From NCBI RefSeq assembly GCF_963921235.1, contig NC_086108.1, positions 56,112,001 to 56,176,000 of the forward strand: a stretch of DNA of 64,000 nt, read 5' to 3'. Both the position numbers and the translations under genes were made by a program. Numbering within the stretch: position 1 is the stretch's first letter; the number at the start of each line of letters is the position of its first letter. Of this stretch, positions 49,598 to 61,704 are shown piece after piece. The notes beneath the pieces are model-generated. The model was not told where the DNA came from. It did not search any database and saw only the letters and a program-made list of their open reading frames with translations. The DNA comes from Mobula hypostoma. Its lineage: Eukaryota.

Positions 49598-52500
49598 CAC
49601 CTGCAATCGCCGTTTTTTTGACTTTGTCATGTTAGGCAAAGATCGTAAGATCTTACATCTACGGACTCCAGAGCCTGCTGGCCCCGACGCTAGCAGGCAT
49701 GAACTTTCAATTGCGGCGCCTGCCATTGATCTCGGCGGCTCCAACACCTCAGGACATATTCAAAACCCGGACTCCAGCAACGACAATGGACACCTTCACA
49801 GCAATTGCGCAACCACCAACTGCGACTCCAGCCTTGAACTCCAGGCCGGGTCTTTATGTGCTGCTGTTGTGACTCCCGTCTCTCCTTCCCCCACCAATAC
49901 TCTGCAATCCCATCTCCTTCAGATCCCATCATCAGCTCCTAGGTCCTCAGAGGCTCCATCTTCCTCTCACCCCAACCCTCCCCTCTCCATTGACACCCCC
50001 AGCCTCCCCCCTTCCCCCTCTGATCCCAGCTCTCATCCGTGCCGGGTCTTTACCATCCCCTCCGACCTTCAACTGTCGGAGGCAGAACGCTCTGTTCTCA
50101 GTAAGGGCCTCACGTTTGTCCCCCTTCGCCCACACCTCAGCGAGTTCCGTGTTCGCCACGATGCGGAACTTTTCTTCCGCCGTCTCCGTCTCCGAGCCTA
50201 CTTCTTCGGCAAGGACTCTTCCACCCCCACCGATGACCCCTTCTCCCGTCTTCAACCCTCCTCCTCTTCATGGACACCCCGCTCTGGTCTTCTGCCTGCT
50301 CTGGATCTCTTTATCGCTAACTGCCGACGGGACATCAACCGTCTCGACTTCACCGCACCTTGTCCCCATTCCAACCTCACTCCTTCGGAACGCTCTGCTC
50401 TCCACTCCCTCCGCACTAATCCTAACCTTATTATTAAACCCGCTGATAAAGGGGGTGCTGTTGTAGTCTGGCGTACTGACCACTACCTTGCCGAGGCACA
50501 GCGACAACTCGCGGATACCTCCTCTTATTTACCCCTCGATCGTGACCCCACTAAGGAGCACCAGGCCATTGTCTCCCACACTATCAACGACTTTATCCGC
50601 TCAGGGGATCTCCCATCCACTGCTACCAACCTTATAGTTCCCACATCCCGCACTTCCCGTTTCTACCTCCTACCCAAGATCCACAAACCTGCCTGTCCTG
50701 GCTGACCTATTGTCTCAGCTTGCTCCTGCCCCACCGAACTCGTTTCTGCATACCTCGACACTGTTTTATCACCCCTTGTTCAATCCCTTCCGACCTATGT
50801 TCGTGACACTTCTCACGCTCTTAAACTTTTCGATGATTTTAAGTTCCCTGGCCCCCACCGCTTTATTTTCACCATGGATGTCCAGTCCTTATATACTTCC
50901 ATCCCCCATCAGGAAGGTCTCAAAGCTCTACGCTTCTTTTTGGATTCCAGACCTAATCAGTTCCCCTCTACCACCACTCTGCTCCGTCTAGCGGAATTAG
51001 TCCTTACTCTTAATAATTTCTCCTTTTGCTCCTCCCATTTCCTCCAAACTAAAGGTGTAGCTATGGGCACCCGTATGGGTCCTAGCTATGCCTGCCTTTT
51101 TGTTGGGTTTGTGGAACAATCTATGTTCCGTGCCTATTCTGGTATCTGTCCCCCACTTTTCCTTCGCTATATCGACGACTGCATTGGCGCTGCTTCCTGC
51201 ACGCATGCAGAACTCGTTGACTTTATTAACTTTGCCTCCAACTTTCACCCTGCCCTCGTTTACCTGGTCTATTTCCGACACCTCCCTCCCCTCTCTAGAT
51301 CTTTCTGTCTCTGTCTCTGGAGACAGCTTATCCACTGATATCTACTATAAGCCTACTGACTCTCACAGCTATCTGGACTATTCCTCTTCTCACCCTGTCT
51401 CTTGCAAAAACGCCATCCCCTTCTCGCAATTCCTCCGTCTCCGCCGCATCTGCTCTCAGGATGAGGCTTTTCGTTCTAGGACGAGGGAGATGTCTTCATT
51501 TTTTAAAGAAAGGGGCTTCCCTTCCTCCACTATCAACTCTGCTCTTAAACGCATCTCCTCCATTTCACGTACATCTGCTCTCACTCCATCCTCCCACCAC
51601 CCCACTAGGATAGGAATAGGGTTCCCCTGGTCCTCACCTACCACCCCACCAGCCTCCGGGTCCAACATATTATTCTCCGTAACTTCCGCCACCTCCAACG
51701 GGATCCCACCACTAAGCACATCTTTCCCTCCCCCCCTCTCTCTGCATTCCGCAGGGATCGCTCCCTACACAACTCCCTTGTCCATTCGTCCCCCCCATCC
51801 CTCCCCACTGATCTCCCTCCTGGCACTTATCCGTGTAAGCGGAACAAGTGCTACACATGCCCTTACACTTCCTCCCTTACCACCATTCAGGGCCCCAAAC
51901 AGTCCTTCCAGGTGAGGCATCACTTCACCTGTGAGTCGACTGGGGTGATATACTGCGTCCGGTGCTCCCGATGTGGCCTTTTATATATTGGTGAGACCCG
52001 ACGCAGACTGGGAGACCGCTTTGCTGAACATCTACGCTCTGTCCGCCAGAGAAAGCAGGATCTCCCAGTGGCCACACATTTTAATTCCACATCCCATTCC
52101 CATTCTGACATGTCTATCCACGGCCTCCTCTACTGTAAAGATGAAGCCACACTCAGGTTGGAGGAACAACACCTTATATTCCGTCTGGGTAGCCTCCAAC
52201 CTGATGGCATGAACATTGACTCCTCTAACTTCCGTTAGGCCCCACCTCCCCCTCATACCCCAGCTGTTACTCCTTTTTATGCACACATTCTTTCTCTCAC
52301 TCTCCTTTTTCTCCCTCTGTCCCTCTGAATATACCTCTTGCCCATCCTCTGTGTCACCCCCCCCCCCGTCTTTCTCCCTAGGCCTCCTGTCCCATGATCC
52401 TCTCGTATCCCCTTTTGCCTATCACCTGTCCAGCTCTCGGCTCTATCCCTCCCCCTCCTGTCTTCTCCTATCATTTTGCATCTCCCCCTCCCCCTCCAGC

Positions 52501-52665
52501 TTTCAAATCCCTTACTCACTCTTCCTTCAGTTAGTCCTGACGAAGGGTCTCGGCCTGAAACGTCGACTGCGCCTCTTCCTATAGATGCTGCTTGGCCTGC
52601 TGCGTTCACCAGCAACTTTGATGTATGTTGCTTGAATTTCCAGCATCTGCAGGATTCCTGTTGTT
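49598..52665 (+). mobile_element. Young PLE, 5'-truncated; single ORF (RT + GIY-YIG) with about 3 lesions
   Basis: KPADKG, KIHKP..PG*PIVS (TGA at 50703), DVQSLYTSIP, GVAMGTRMGP, RYIDD and VIYCVRCSRCGLLYIGETRRRL. Frameshifts near 51256 and 51606; stop at about 52238. Confidence 0.95.
52533..52568 (+). ncRNA. Minimal type I hammerhead ribozyme in the PLE terminus
   Basis: AGTC-CTGACGA-AGG(gtctcgg)CCT-GAA-ACGT-C^GACT. Stem I AGTC/GACT, intact core, stem II AGG/CCT, palindromic stem III ACGT, GUC cleavage after 52564. Confidence 0.85.
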
Positions 52666-53014
52666 TTTTTTTGAGATATTTTTAGACTGATTTCACAGAA
52701 TTAAAAGTAAACAGAATTGCCTGCAGCCAGCTTGACCAGTAACTGATGTAGAGTGGGTTTAAAGTTCCAGGCAATGTTGTTCTCTCTGTTAAAGTCAGTG
52801 CAGCATAATATTGGATGGACAGAGAAATATGCAATGCACGTGATCCCATCAGCTTTCTAGTGGTTAATTTGGTGAGAATTGCCCTTGTAGTCAAGAGTAT
52901 GCAATGGAGTAGAAAATAGGGTTCATTAGAATAACAGTTAGGTTAAGTTCTTTAAATTATCTGCACTGAGTCAAATTGGAGCATCAGGATTCTATTCACA
53001 GTTACATGACCATC

Positions 53015-55655
53015 AGGGATAAGAGCAGAATTACACCATTTAGCACATCGAGTCTGTTCTACCATTCCATTTTGGCTGATTCATTATCCCTCTCAACCCC
53101 TTCTTCTCCCTTCTCCCTGTAACCTTGATACTCTGATTAATCAAGAAACTCTGCTTCAAATATACCTAATGACTTGGCCTCCACAACTGTTTGTAGTAAT
53201 GAATTCCACAAACTCACTACCGTCTGGCGAAAGAAATTCCTCCTCAACTCTGTTCTAAATGGATGTCTCTCTATTCTGAGACTAAGCCCTCTGGTTCTAG
53301 ACTCGCCCACTCTTGGAAACATTTTCTCTACATCTACTCCAGCTAGGCCTTTCAATATTTGATAGGTTTCATTGAGATTTTCACCCCCCCCCCATTCTTC
53401 TAAACTCCAATGAGTACAGCCCCAGAGCCATCAAACACTCCTCATATATTAATCCTTTGATTTCTGGAATCATCTTCCTGAATCTCCTCTGACCCTCTCT
53501 AATGCCAGCACAGGTTTTCTTAGATAATGAGCCCAAAACTGCTTACCATTCCACAACTGCAGTCTGACCAATGCCTTGCTTTTATATTCTAGTCCTCTGA
53601 AAATGAATGCTACCATTGTGTTTGACTTTCTTACCAATAACTCAACCTGCAAGGTAACTTTTACGGACTCCTGCACTCCTCAGAGTCCCTTTGCACCTCT
53701 GAATTCTGAATTTTCTCCCCATTTAGAAAACAGTCTTTGCCTTTATTCCTTTTACCAATGTGTGTAGCCATTTACTTCCCTACACTATATTCCATCTGAC
53801 ACTTCCTTGCCCATTCTCCCAATCTGTCTTTGTACTTCCGCAGACTCCCTGCTTCCTCTGCACTACCTATACCTCCACCTATCTTCATATCATCTGCAAA
53901 CTTGGCCACAAAGCCATCAATTCCATCATCCAAGTCATTGAAATATAACATGAGAAAAGCAGTCCCAACCCCAATCCCTGCAGAACACCACAACTCACTG
54001 ACAACCAGCTAGAAAAGGTCAACTTTATTATTCCCTCTTTTGCCTCTTTCCAGTCAGCCAATCTTCTATCCATGCTAGTAACTTTCCTATAATACCATGG
54101 GCTATTATCTTGTTAAGCAGCTTCATGTGCAACACTTTTTCATTTCTGAATATCAAAATATACAGCATCCACTGACTCTTCTTTGTCTATCCTGCTTTGT
54201 TGCTTCTTCAAAGAATTCCAACAGATTTCCCAAGCAATACTTCCCGTTACGAAAGCCATGCTGACTTTGGTCTAGGTTATTAGAAGCCTCTATGTACTCC
54301 GAAACTTCTTACTTAACAACGGACTCCAACATCTTTCCAACCCACTGAAGTCAGGCTAACTGGCCTATAATTTCTTTTCTTCTGCCTCTCTCCCTCCATA
54401 AAAAGTGGGGTGACATTTGCAATTTTCTAGTCCTCTGGAACCATTCCAGAATTTAGCGATTCTTGAAAGATCCTTACTAATGCCTCCACAATCTCTTCAG
54501 CTACCACCTTCAGAACCCTGGAGTGTAGTCCATCTGGTCCAGATGACTTATCTACCTTCACATCTTTCAGCTTCCCAAGCACCTTCTCCTTAATAATAGC
54601 AACCACACTCACTTCTTCCCCCTGACACTCTAGAATTTCTGGCATACTGCTAGTGTCGTCCACAGTGAAGACTGATACAAAATACTAATTAAGTTCATCT
54701 GCCATTTCTTTTCCCCCATTTCTACCTCTCCAGCATCATTTTCCAGCGGTCTGACATCCACTTTTGCATCTCTTTTACTCTTTATATATCTGAAAATACT
54801 TTTAGTATCTTCTTTTATGTTATTGTCTAGCTTACCTTCATATTTCATCTTTTCTCTCCTTATGGCTTTTTAATTGCCTTCTGTTGATTTTAAAAGCTTC
54901 CCAATCCACTAGATTCCAACTATTTTTTGCTATATTATATGACCTCTCTTTTGCTTTTATGCTGTCTTTGACTTTCTCAATCCTGAAGAAAGGTCTTGGC
55001 CTGAAACATCGATAGTTCACTCTTTTTCATAGATACTACTTGACCTGCTGAGTTCTTCCAGCATTCTATGTGTTTTACTTTGGATTTCTGGCATCTGCAG
55101 ACTTTCTTGTGCTTTTGACTTCCCTTGTCAGGCACGGTTGCCCTATCCTCCTTTTAGAGTACTTCCTCATCTTTCCGATGTCTCTTCCTGCACCTTCCGA
55201 TTTGCTCCCAGAAATTCCACCCATTGCTGTCCTGCCGTTATCCCTGCTAGTGTCCCCTTCCAATCACCGTTGGTTAACTCCTCTCTCATGCCTCTGTAAT
55301 TCCTTCTACTCCACTGTAATACTGATACGTCTGATATTAGCTTTTCCCTCTCAAGCTGCAGGGTGAATTTGCTCATATTACGATCACTGTCTCCTAAGGG
55401 TTTCTTTACTTTAAGCTCCCTAATCAAATCAAGCTCAGAATCAGAATCAGGCTTATCGTCACCAGCTTGTGACGTGAAATTTGTTTAAGCTGATTACATA
55501 TCTCACAATCCAGAATTGTCTTTCCCATATTACACTCAACTACAAGCCACTCTAAAAAGCCATCTCATAGGCACTCTACAAATTCCATCCCTTGGGATCC
55601 AGCACAAACCTGATTTTCCCAATGTACTTGCCTATTGAAATCCCCTACATACCAT
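53015..55655 (-). mobile_element. Decayed CR1 LINE with a nested PLE-end fragment (about 54979-55112)
   Basis: KFADDMKIGG, KSSGPDGLHSRVLK and PLGDSDRNM remnants. The nested piece begins tcctgaagaaaggtcttggcctgaaacatc. Confidence 0.85.
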
Positions 55656-56445
55656 TAACAAACTGGTCAAATCTGTAACCACAATAATGATTTTGTATTA
55701 TTTTATAATATTTAACTTGAGATACTCTAAATATCATCATTATCACACCTTAGTTAGTTTCATTTGTATTATTTATCAAATACTTATTACATACTTGGCA
55801 TTGTAACACTTTTCCAGGATCACCTCAAGTTTCTTAAGGGATTTAAGTAATGGAAATATTATATATTTTATAATTACAGTGATTTATCAAAAAGTTTATC
55901 TACAATAAAAAGTAACAAAGCCTGAAATATATTATTTAATCCATTAAGTATTAAGAACTAAGAAAATCTTCAAAAATATTGTAATGTAGTATCTTTTGAA
56001 TCTGAAAAGACTTAAAATTTTGTGAAAGCATATATTTAAGTGGAAAGGTTTGGTATTCTACACACTTTCTCACTGATCAAGCAAACTATAACATTAGGCA
56101 ATCACAAAATATTCACCATCATTACCTAGGTTAAGGAACTCCTTACAGCCTGTTTTGCAGATTATAGGTTTCCAATAGTAAAGGCAGTCCAAATGATCAA
56201 AATAAGCCTATGGTGACTCTTAGAACAGAATTGAGCTGAGATACTCACAAAGAAATTAAAGACGATCTTATCAATGCAATAACTTTTTAGACTCTCTCCT
56301 CCTTGTACAATGATGGTGCTTTGATTGCCCCATTCTGGTTTCTCCATACGTTAAGAGTAACGGACTTTCTGTGTGACTCACCCTGTGCCCTTCTCTCTCC
56401 CTTGCCTTCAATCCTCCCCTCCCACTTCATCTCCTAACCACTCAG

Positions 56446-56505
56446 AGAATGATCAACCCTCCTTGGTATGGTTTGATAGAGGAAAGTTTTATTTGACTTT
56501 TGATG
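56446..56505 (+). CDS. SGIP1: SGIP1 60-nt cassette-type exon ([20 protein letters not shown])
   Basis: ctcAG|AG...GATG|GTAAGT. Matches [20 protein letters not shown], symmetric phase 1/1. Confidence 0.93.
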
Positions 56506-57142
56506 GTAAGTAATGTACAATTTTTGTAAATTTGCATTTCCTTTTTGGTTCCCCTTTTTCTGGGCAAGCGGCGTACCTGTTCCTGTACATTGACCATTCT
56601 TGAGTGTCATTCGTAAACTAATCACCCTTTCATTTCTGCTAACAGTGCTTAATCATGACTATTCTTTCATGCGTTGTATTGAATGCTTGGAATTTTCAAT
56701 ATTCTTCTGTGAAATACTTAAACATATTCAACAAATAAATCATGATAAAAGTTAATTATATAGTTGTTCTGCCAATACTTATATCAATAGGACTGGTAGA
56801 CTAGTTTGCCTGTTCTAAAGCTTATATCCATCTGGCTGTACATAAACTTAATTAATATTTACAAATATATTTCCCTTTCTTTTCATCTCTAGTTATTAGT
56901 TAATATATTATTATTGAAATTAACCTGATTCAGCCCAGAGATGATGTCATTTCATAATAGGCTAATTTTTTAACTAACCCGGAGCCTCAGCAACCAGAAG
57001 TGTCAGGAAACTGTAAGCGTGCTCATGAAAGACAGTAAAGCAACAGGTTCACTCCATGGTTTTCTAATATGCACACCAGACAGATCTCACAAAATTGTCT
57101 GTGTATATTGGAGAATGTTTCAGGGTCAATATTACACTAATT

Positions 57143-57223
57143 CAGGGGTTCCAAACCTTTACCATGCCATTGACCAATACGCTTTAGCAAAGGGTTCCGG
57201 GGGCCCCAGGTTGGGAACCCCTG
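57143..57223. mobile_element. 81-bp hAT (Charlie-like) MITE
   Basis: TIRs caggggttccaaac / gttgggaacccctg. The 8-bp flanks cactaatt and ctctaatg match at 6/8. Confidence 0.75.
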
Positions 57224-59498
57224 CTCTAATGATATTTTTTAACCATGGAATTTTATGCAAGGATTATTTAAGATCTACTGTGTCTTATTTTACCTTGCTT
57301 TCTCCCATCCCATTGAATCTGAGACCAAGAGGAATTCTGTTGTCAATACCTCACAGTGAGATCTCGTGTTTTTGGATGGACAGTAATGATCAGGAGAAAT
57401 AATCTCAGCAATGTTATTTTATGGAAATCCTTCCTTCACTCTCTGCTCTGTCCGAGATTAGACAACTCAGCACAGGTTATAAAAATTGGGCCTTCATTGT
57501 GATGGTTAATGTAATTCAGTATTTTACTGGTCAACTACCAGCATGGCTCATAAAACAATTCTTATTTTGCTCAGAGTATCCATTCCATTTTTCAGACTTC
57601 TTTTCCCTTCAATGTCAGATAAAATATTTGTCTGGTCAACACATACAATTTTATGATACTTCCTGCTGGATTTTAATTTTGATTAATGGAGGAAAAGCAA
57701 CAAGTTTTAATTATCATGGAAAGAATTGTAATTAGATAATTTATAGATTGTTTCCCTAAATGGAATTTTCTTTATAAAATTATGAAATGTTTAAATATAG
57801 AATATAGGTGGTAAAATAAATGCATGAAATAAACAAAATTTTGAAGACCTACAAATGAATATTCTGGAAGCTAATACATTAAAATGCAAAATTTTAAATT
57901 TCATGATAATTTACTTCATTTTAGGTTACCATTTGTCCAGTAAAATCAAAACCGACCTAATTATTAAATGAAAAAAAGCATTGTATGTCTTATGTACTTA
58001 AAACTCTATTGTATTCATATGCTAACAGAAAAAATGGAAATTATAGTGAGCTAATCAAGAAATATTATATAGCATGAATGGTTCTAGTAGACATAATCTT
58101 AGTGATGCCAGGAGTTCTGTCTGGAGAGTTTGTAACATTAACCTGTGCAAAGGATTTAAGAAATCATATGAGAAAAACAATAATTCTAAACTAGAAATGT
58201 AATGTGTCTGTAGATGTCTGGAAGCCATGTCTAAAATGTGTAGTTATTTTTCTTCTGTGATCATTAAAGATTGTGACTGCCATGAGGGTGCTTTTTGAAC
58301 ACCAGCACCTTTCCATCAGTTTGACAGCAATTTATTAGCTCTGAGTTTATAAAATCATCATGAGCAAGTACTCAACCTCAGGAGTTGTCACACCAAAGTT
58401 CTCATCCGAAACAGGCAAATGCACACTATAAAACTGGATTTCTTCAATTTAGAGTTACCTTTCTCCAATGTGTTAGGACTTCTAAGAAGGATGAGTTTCC
58501 ACTGGGAAAAGGCCATTGAAAATAAAACAGTACCCCAGTTTTCAGATACAAGCAGCTTCAGTCAAATCCTCCATCAGTTAGCTCAGTCAGTCCTTCATGC
58601 TCCAAACTCCACATCCCTCTTCTACCTCCCTTATCTCACTATTCCATTCCTAAGCTTTTGGAGTTCCAGAATGTGTTTCTAAGATTAGAAATTCAACAAT
58701 CTTTATTAGCTCTCTTAGTAGATAATTGCTTGACATAGAAGCCAGCCATAGGTTCAAGGTTTTTGTTTTGGTCTGTCCTGTGTAAGCTAATCATCTGGAC
58801 CAGTAAGGGCGCTACATTTAGTTACAGTCGTCTTAGAGTTCAGGAAGGGAAAACTCCTTAGGGGTATCCAGAGACTCCTAAGGAAGTGAATACAAGCATA
58901 AGAATTGGTGAAAATGGATTGATATGTATTATATGCAGGCTCACAGATCCTGAGTTACAACTGTCATTAGACACCAGGTATTAGATGATATACCTCAACT
59001 TTATCCACTGTGAATCAGTGCGTTTATGAAAGTGAAGCAAGAAAGTAAAGATTCATTTTTTGTATGAAATTTTCTCTTATTCAATGACATCATCAAAGGG
59101 TTTGTTCAAAATGCCTGAGGAGATTTGTCCAAATCTGTAGATGGGAAATCATAACAAAAATTAACTTTAAAAAATACTAGTGGGAACTCATACCTGGAAT
59201 TTACTCTAGTTTATGTTTAGAAAGTTTTAAAACCATTTGCTTACATCCCAAGATTTTTAAGGTTTTACAGAAGGAGTATTCAAAGGAATAATTCACTTTC
59301 TTTTTCATATATCTTCACTAATTTTCTGTTTGCTTTTTTTTAAACCACCTGCATGATTAAAGCTACATCAAATTTTTTCACCTGTGTGTTGCTCTTCTGT
59401 TGTTGCTCTCTTTAAGTTCTACTGCGCAATACAAGTGGATTGTTGTTGAAATGAACTAAGTGAAACCAAAGAGTTAAATGTATTGACATACATTGCAG

Positions 59499-59610
59499 GT
59501 GCTTCCCGAGGGCCCAGTCCTTTGACCATGGGTGCACAGGATACACTTCCGGTTGCTGCAGCCTTCACAGAAACTGTCAATGCCTACTTCAAAGGAGCAG
59601 ATCCAAGCAA
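59499..59610 (+). CDS. SGIP1: SGIP1 exon, start of mu-homology domain ([37 protein letters not shown])
   Basis: tgcAG|GT...AGCAA|GTGAGT, 112 nt. Matches the SGIP1/FCHO muHD N-terminus. Confidence 0.95.
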
Positions 59611-59765
59611 GTGAGTAAGCAGTTCAAGACTAACTTATACAGTAAGGTCAGTAATCAACCTTCAGTTAAAGCATCAAATGTCATATGTACAAAATATATG
59701 CTCAATAATCTGATTTCAGTCAATTCAATAGTAAACATTTTCTAAACAGTTTTAGTACTCCTGAA

Positions 59766-61704
59766 AGAAGAGGGTGCAGTCGATGTTTCAGGCCGAGACC
59801 CTTCGTCAGGACTAACTGAAGGAAGAGTGAGTAAGGGATTTGAAAGTTGGAGGGGGAGGGGGAGATCCAAAATGATAGGAGAAGACAGGAGGGGGAGGGA
59901 TAGAGCCAAGAGCTGGACAGGTGATAGGCAAAAGGGGATACGAGAGGATCATGGGACAGGAGGTTCGGGAAGAAAGACAAAGGGGGGGGGACCCAGAGGA
60001 TGGGCAAGAGGTATATTCAGAGGGACAGAGGGAGAAAAAGGAGAGTGAGAGAAAGAATGTGTGCATAAAAATAAATAACAGATGGGGTAGGAGGGGGAGG
60101 TGGGGCCTTAGCGGAAGTTAGAGAAGTCGATGTTCATGCCATCAGGTTGGAGGCTACCCAGACGGAATATAAGGTGTTGTTCCTCCAACCTGAGTGTGGC
60201 TTCATCTTTACAGTAGAGGAGGCCGTGGATAGACATGTCAGAATGGGAATGGGATGTGGAATTAAAATGTGTGGCCACTGGGAGATCCTGCTTTCTCTGG
60301 CGGACAGAGCGTAGATGTTCAGCAAAGCGGTCTCCCAGTCTGCATCGGGTCTTGCCAATATATAAAAGGCCACATCGGGAGCACCGGACGCAGTATATCA
60401 CCCCAGTCGACTCACAGGTGAAGTGTTGCCTCACCTGGAAGGACTGTTTGGGGCCCTGAATGGTGGTAAGGGAGGAAGTGTAAGGGCACGTGTAGCACTT
60501 GTTCCGCTTACACGGATAAGTGCCAGGAGGGAGATCAGTGGGGAGGGATGGGGGGAACGAATGGACAAGGGAGTTGTGTAGGGAGCAATCCCTGCGGAAT
60601 GCAGGGTGGGGGGGCGGGAAAGATGTGCTTAGTGGTGGGATCCCGTTGGAGGTGGCCGAAGTTACGGAGAATAATATGTTGGACCCGGAGGCTGGTGGGG
60701 TGGTAGGTGAGGACCAGGGGAACCCTATTCCTAGTGGGGTGGCGGGAGGATGGAGTGAGAGCAGATGTACGTGAAATGGGGGAGATGCGTTTAAGAGCAG
60801 AACGGGATCCCACCACTAAGCACATCTTTCCCTGCCCCCCCCCGCATTCCACAGGGATCGCTCCCTACACAACTCCCTTGTCCATTCGTCCCCCCCATCC
60901 CTCCCCACTGATCTCCCTCCTGGCACTTATCCGTGTAAGCGGAGCAAGTGCTACACATGCCCTTACACTTCTTCCCTTAGCACCATTCAGGGCCCCAAAC
61001 AGTCCTTCCAGGTGAGGCAACACTTCACCTGTGAGTCGACTGGGGTGATATACTGCGTCCGGTGCTCCCGATGTGGCCTTTTATATATTGGCGAGATCCG
61101 ACGCAGACTGGGAGACCACTTTGCTGAACATCTGCGCTCCGTCCGCCAGAGAAAGCAGGATCTCCCAGTGGCCACACATTTTAATTCCACATCCCATTCC
61201 CATTCTGACATGTCTATCCATGGCCTCCTCTACTGTAAAGATGAAGCCACACTCAGGTTGGAGGAACAACACCTTATATTCCGTCTGGGTAGCCTCCAAC
61301 CTGATGGCATGAACATCGACTTCTCTAACTTCTGCTAAGGCCCCACCTCCCCCTCGTACCCCATCTGTTACTTATTTTTATGCACACATTCTTTCTCTCA
61401 CTCTCCTTTTTCTCCCTCTGTCCCTCTGAATATACCTCTTGCCCATCCTCTGGGTCCTCCCCCCCCCCGTCTTTCTTCCTGGACCTCCTGTCCCATGATC
61501 CCCTCGTATCCCCTTTTGCCTATCACCTGTCCAGCTCTCGGCTCCATCCCTCCCCCTCCTGTCTTCTCCTATCATTTTGGATCTCCCCCTCCCCCTCCAA
61601 CTTTCAAATCCCTTACTCACTCTTCCTTGGCCTGCTGCGTTCACCAGCAACTTTGATGTGTGTTGCTTGAATTTCCAGCATCTGCAGAATTCCTTTTGTT
61701 TTTT
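59766..61704. mobile_element. PLE fold-back insertion: - strand arm 59766-60801 and + strand arm 60801-61704, 16-bp TSD
   Basis: TSD ttttagtactcctgaa at 59750-59765 and 61705-61720. Both arms encode the GIY-YIG C-terminus (ORFs 60108-60434 on - and 61012-61338 on +) and closely match 51540-52665. Confidence 0.93.

Noticed and set aside
59417..59498. Upstream alternative acceptor (tttaAG at 59415-59416) extending the muHD exon
   Set aside because: It reads into an in-frame TGA and has no homology support. At most it is a cryptic or poison site.
1080..59610. FCHO1/FCHO2 instead of SGIP1
   Set aside because: The RRSP microexons, PPPTYRTVVSSPG and [11 protein letters not shown] segments match my recollection of SGIP1 specifically.
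5920..59813. Selective inactivation of sense-strand hammerheads
   Set aside because: Antisense copies are similarly decayed, largely by CpG-type transitions, and the sample is too small to show a bias.
60108..61338. Pair of stand-alone GIY-YIG nuclease genes (also 51912-52238 and 6177-6632)
   Set aside because: These are C-terminal fragments of the PLE ORF with non-ATG or internal starts, not independent genes.
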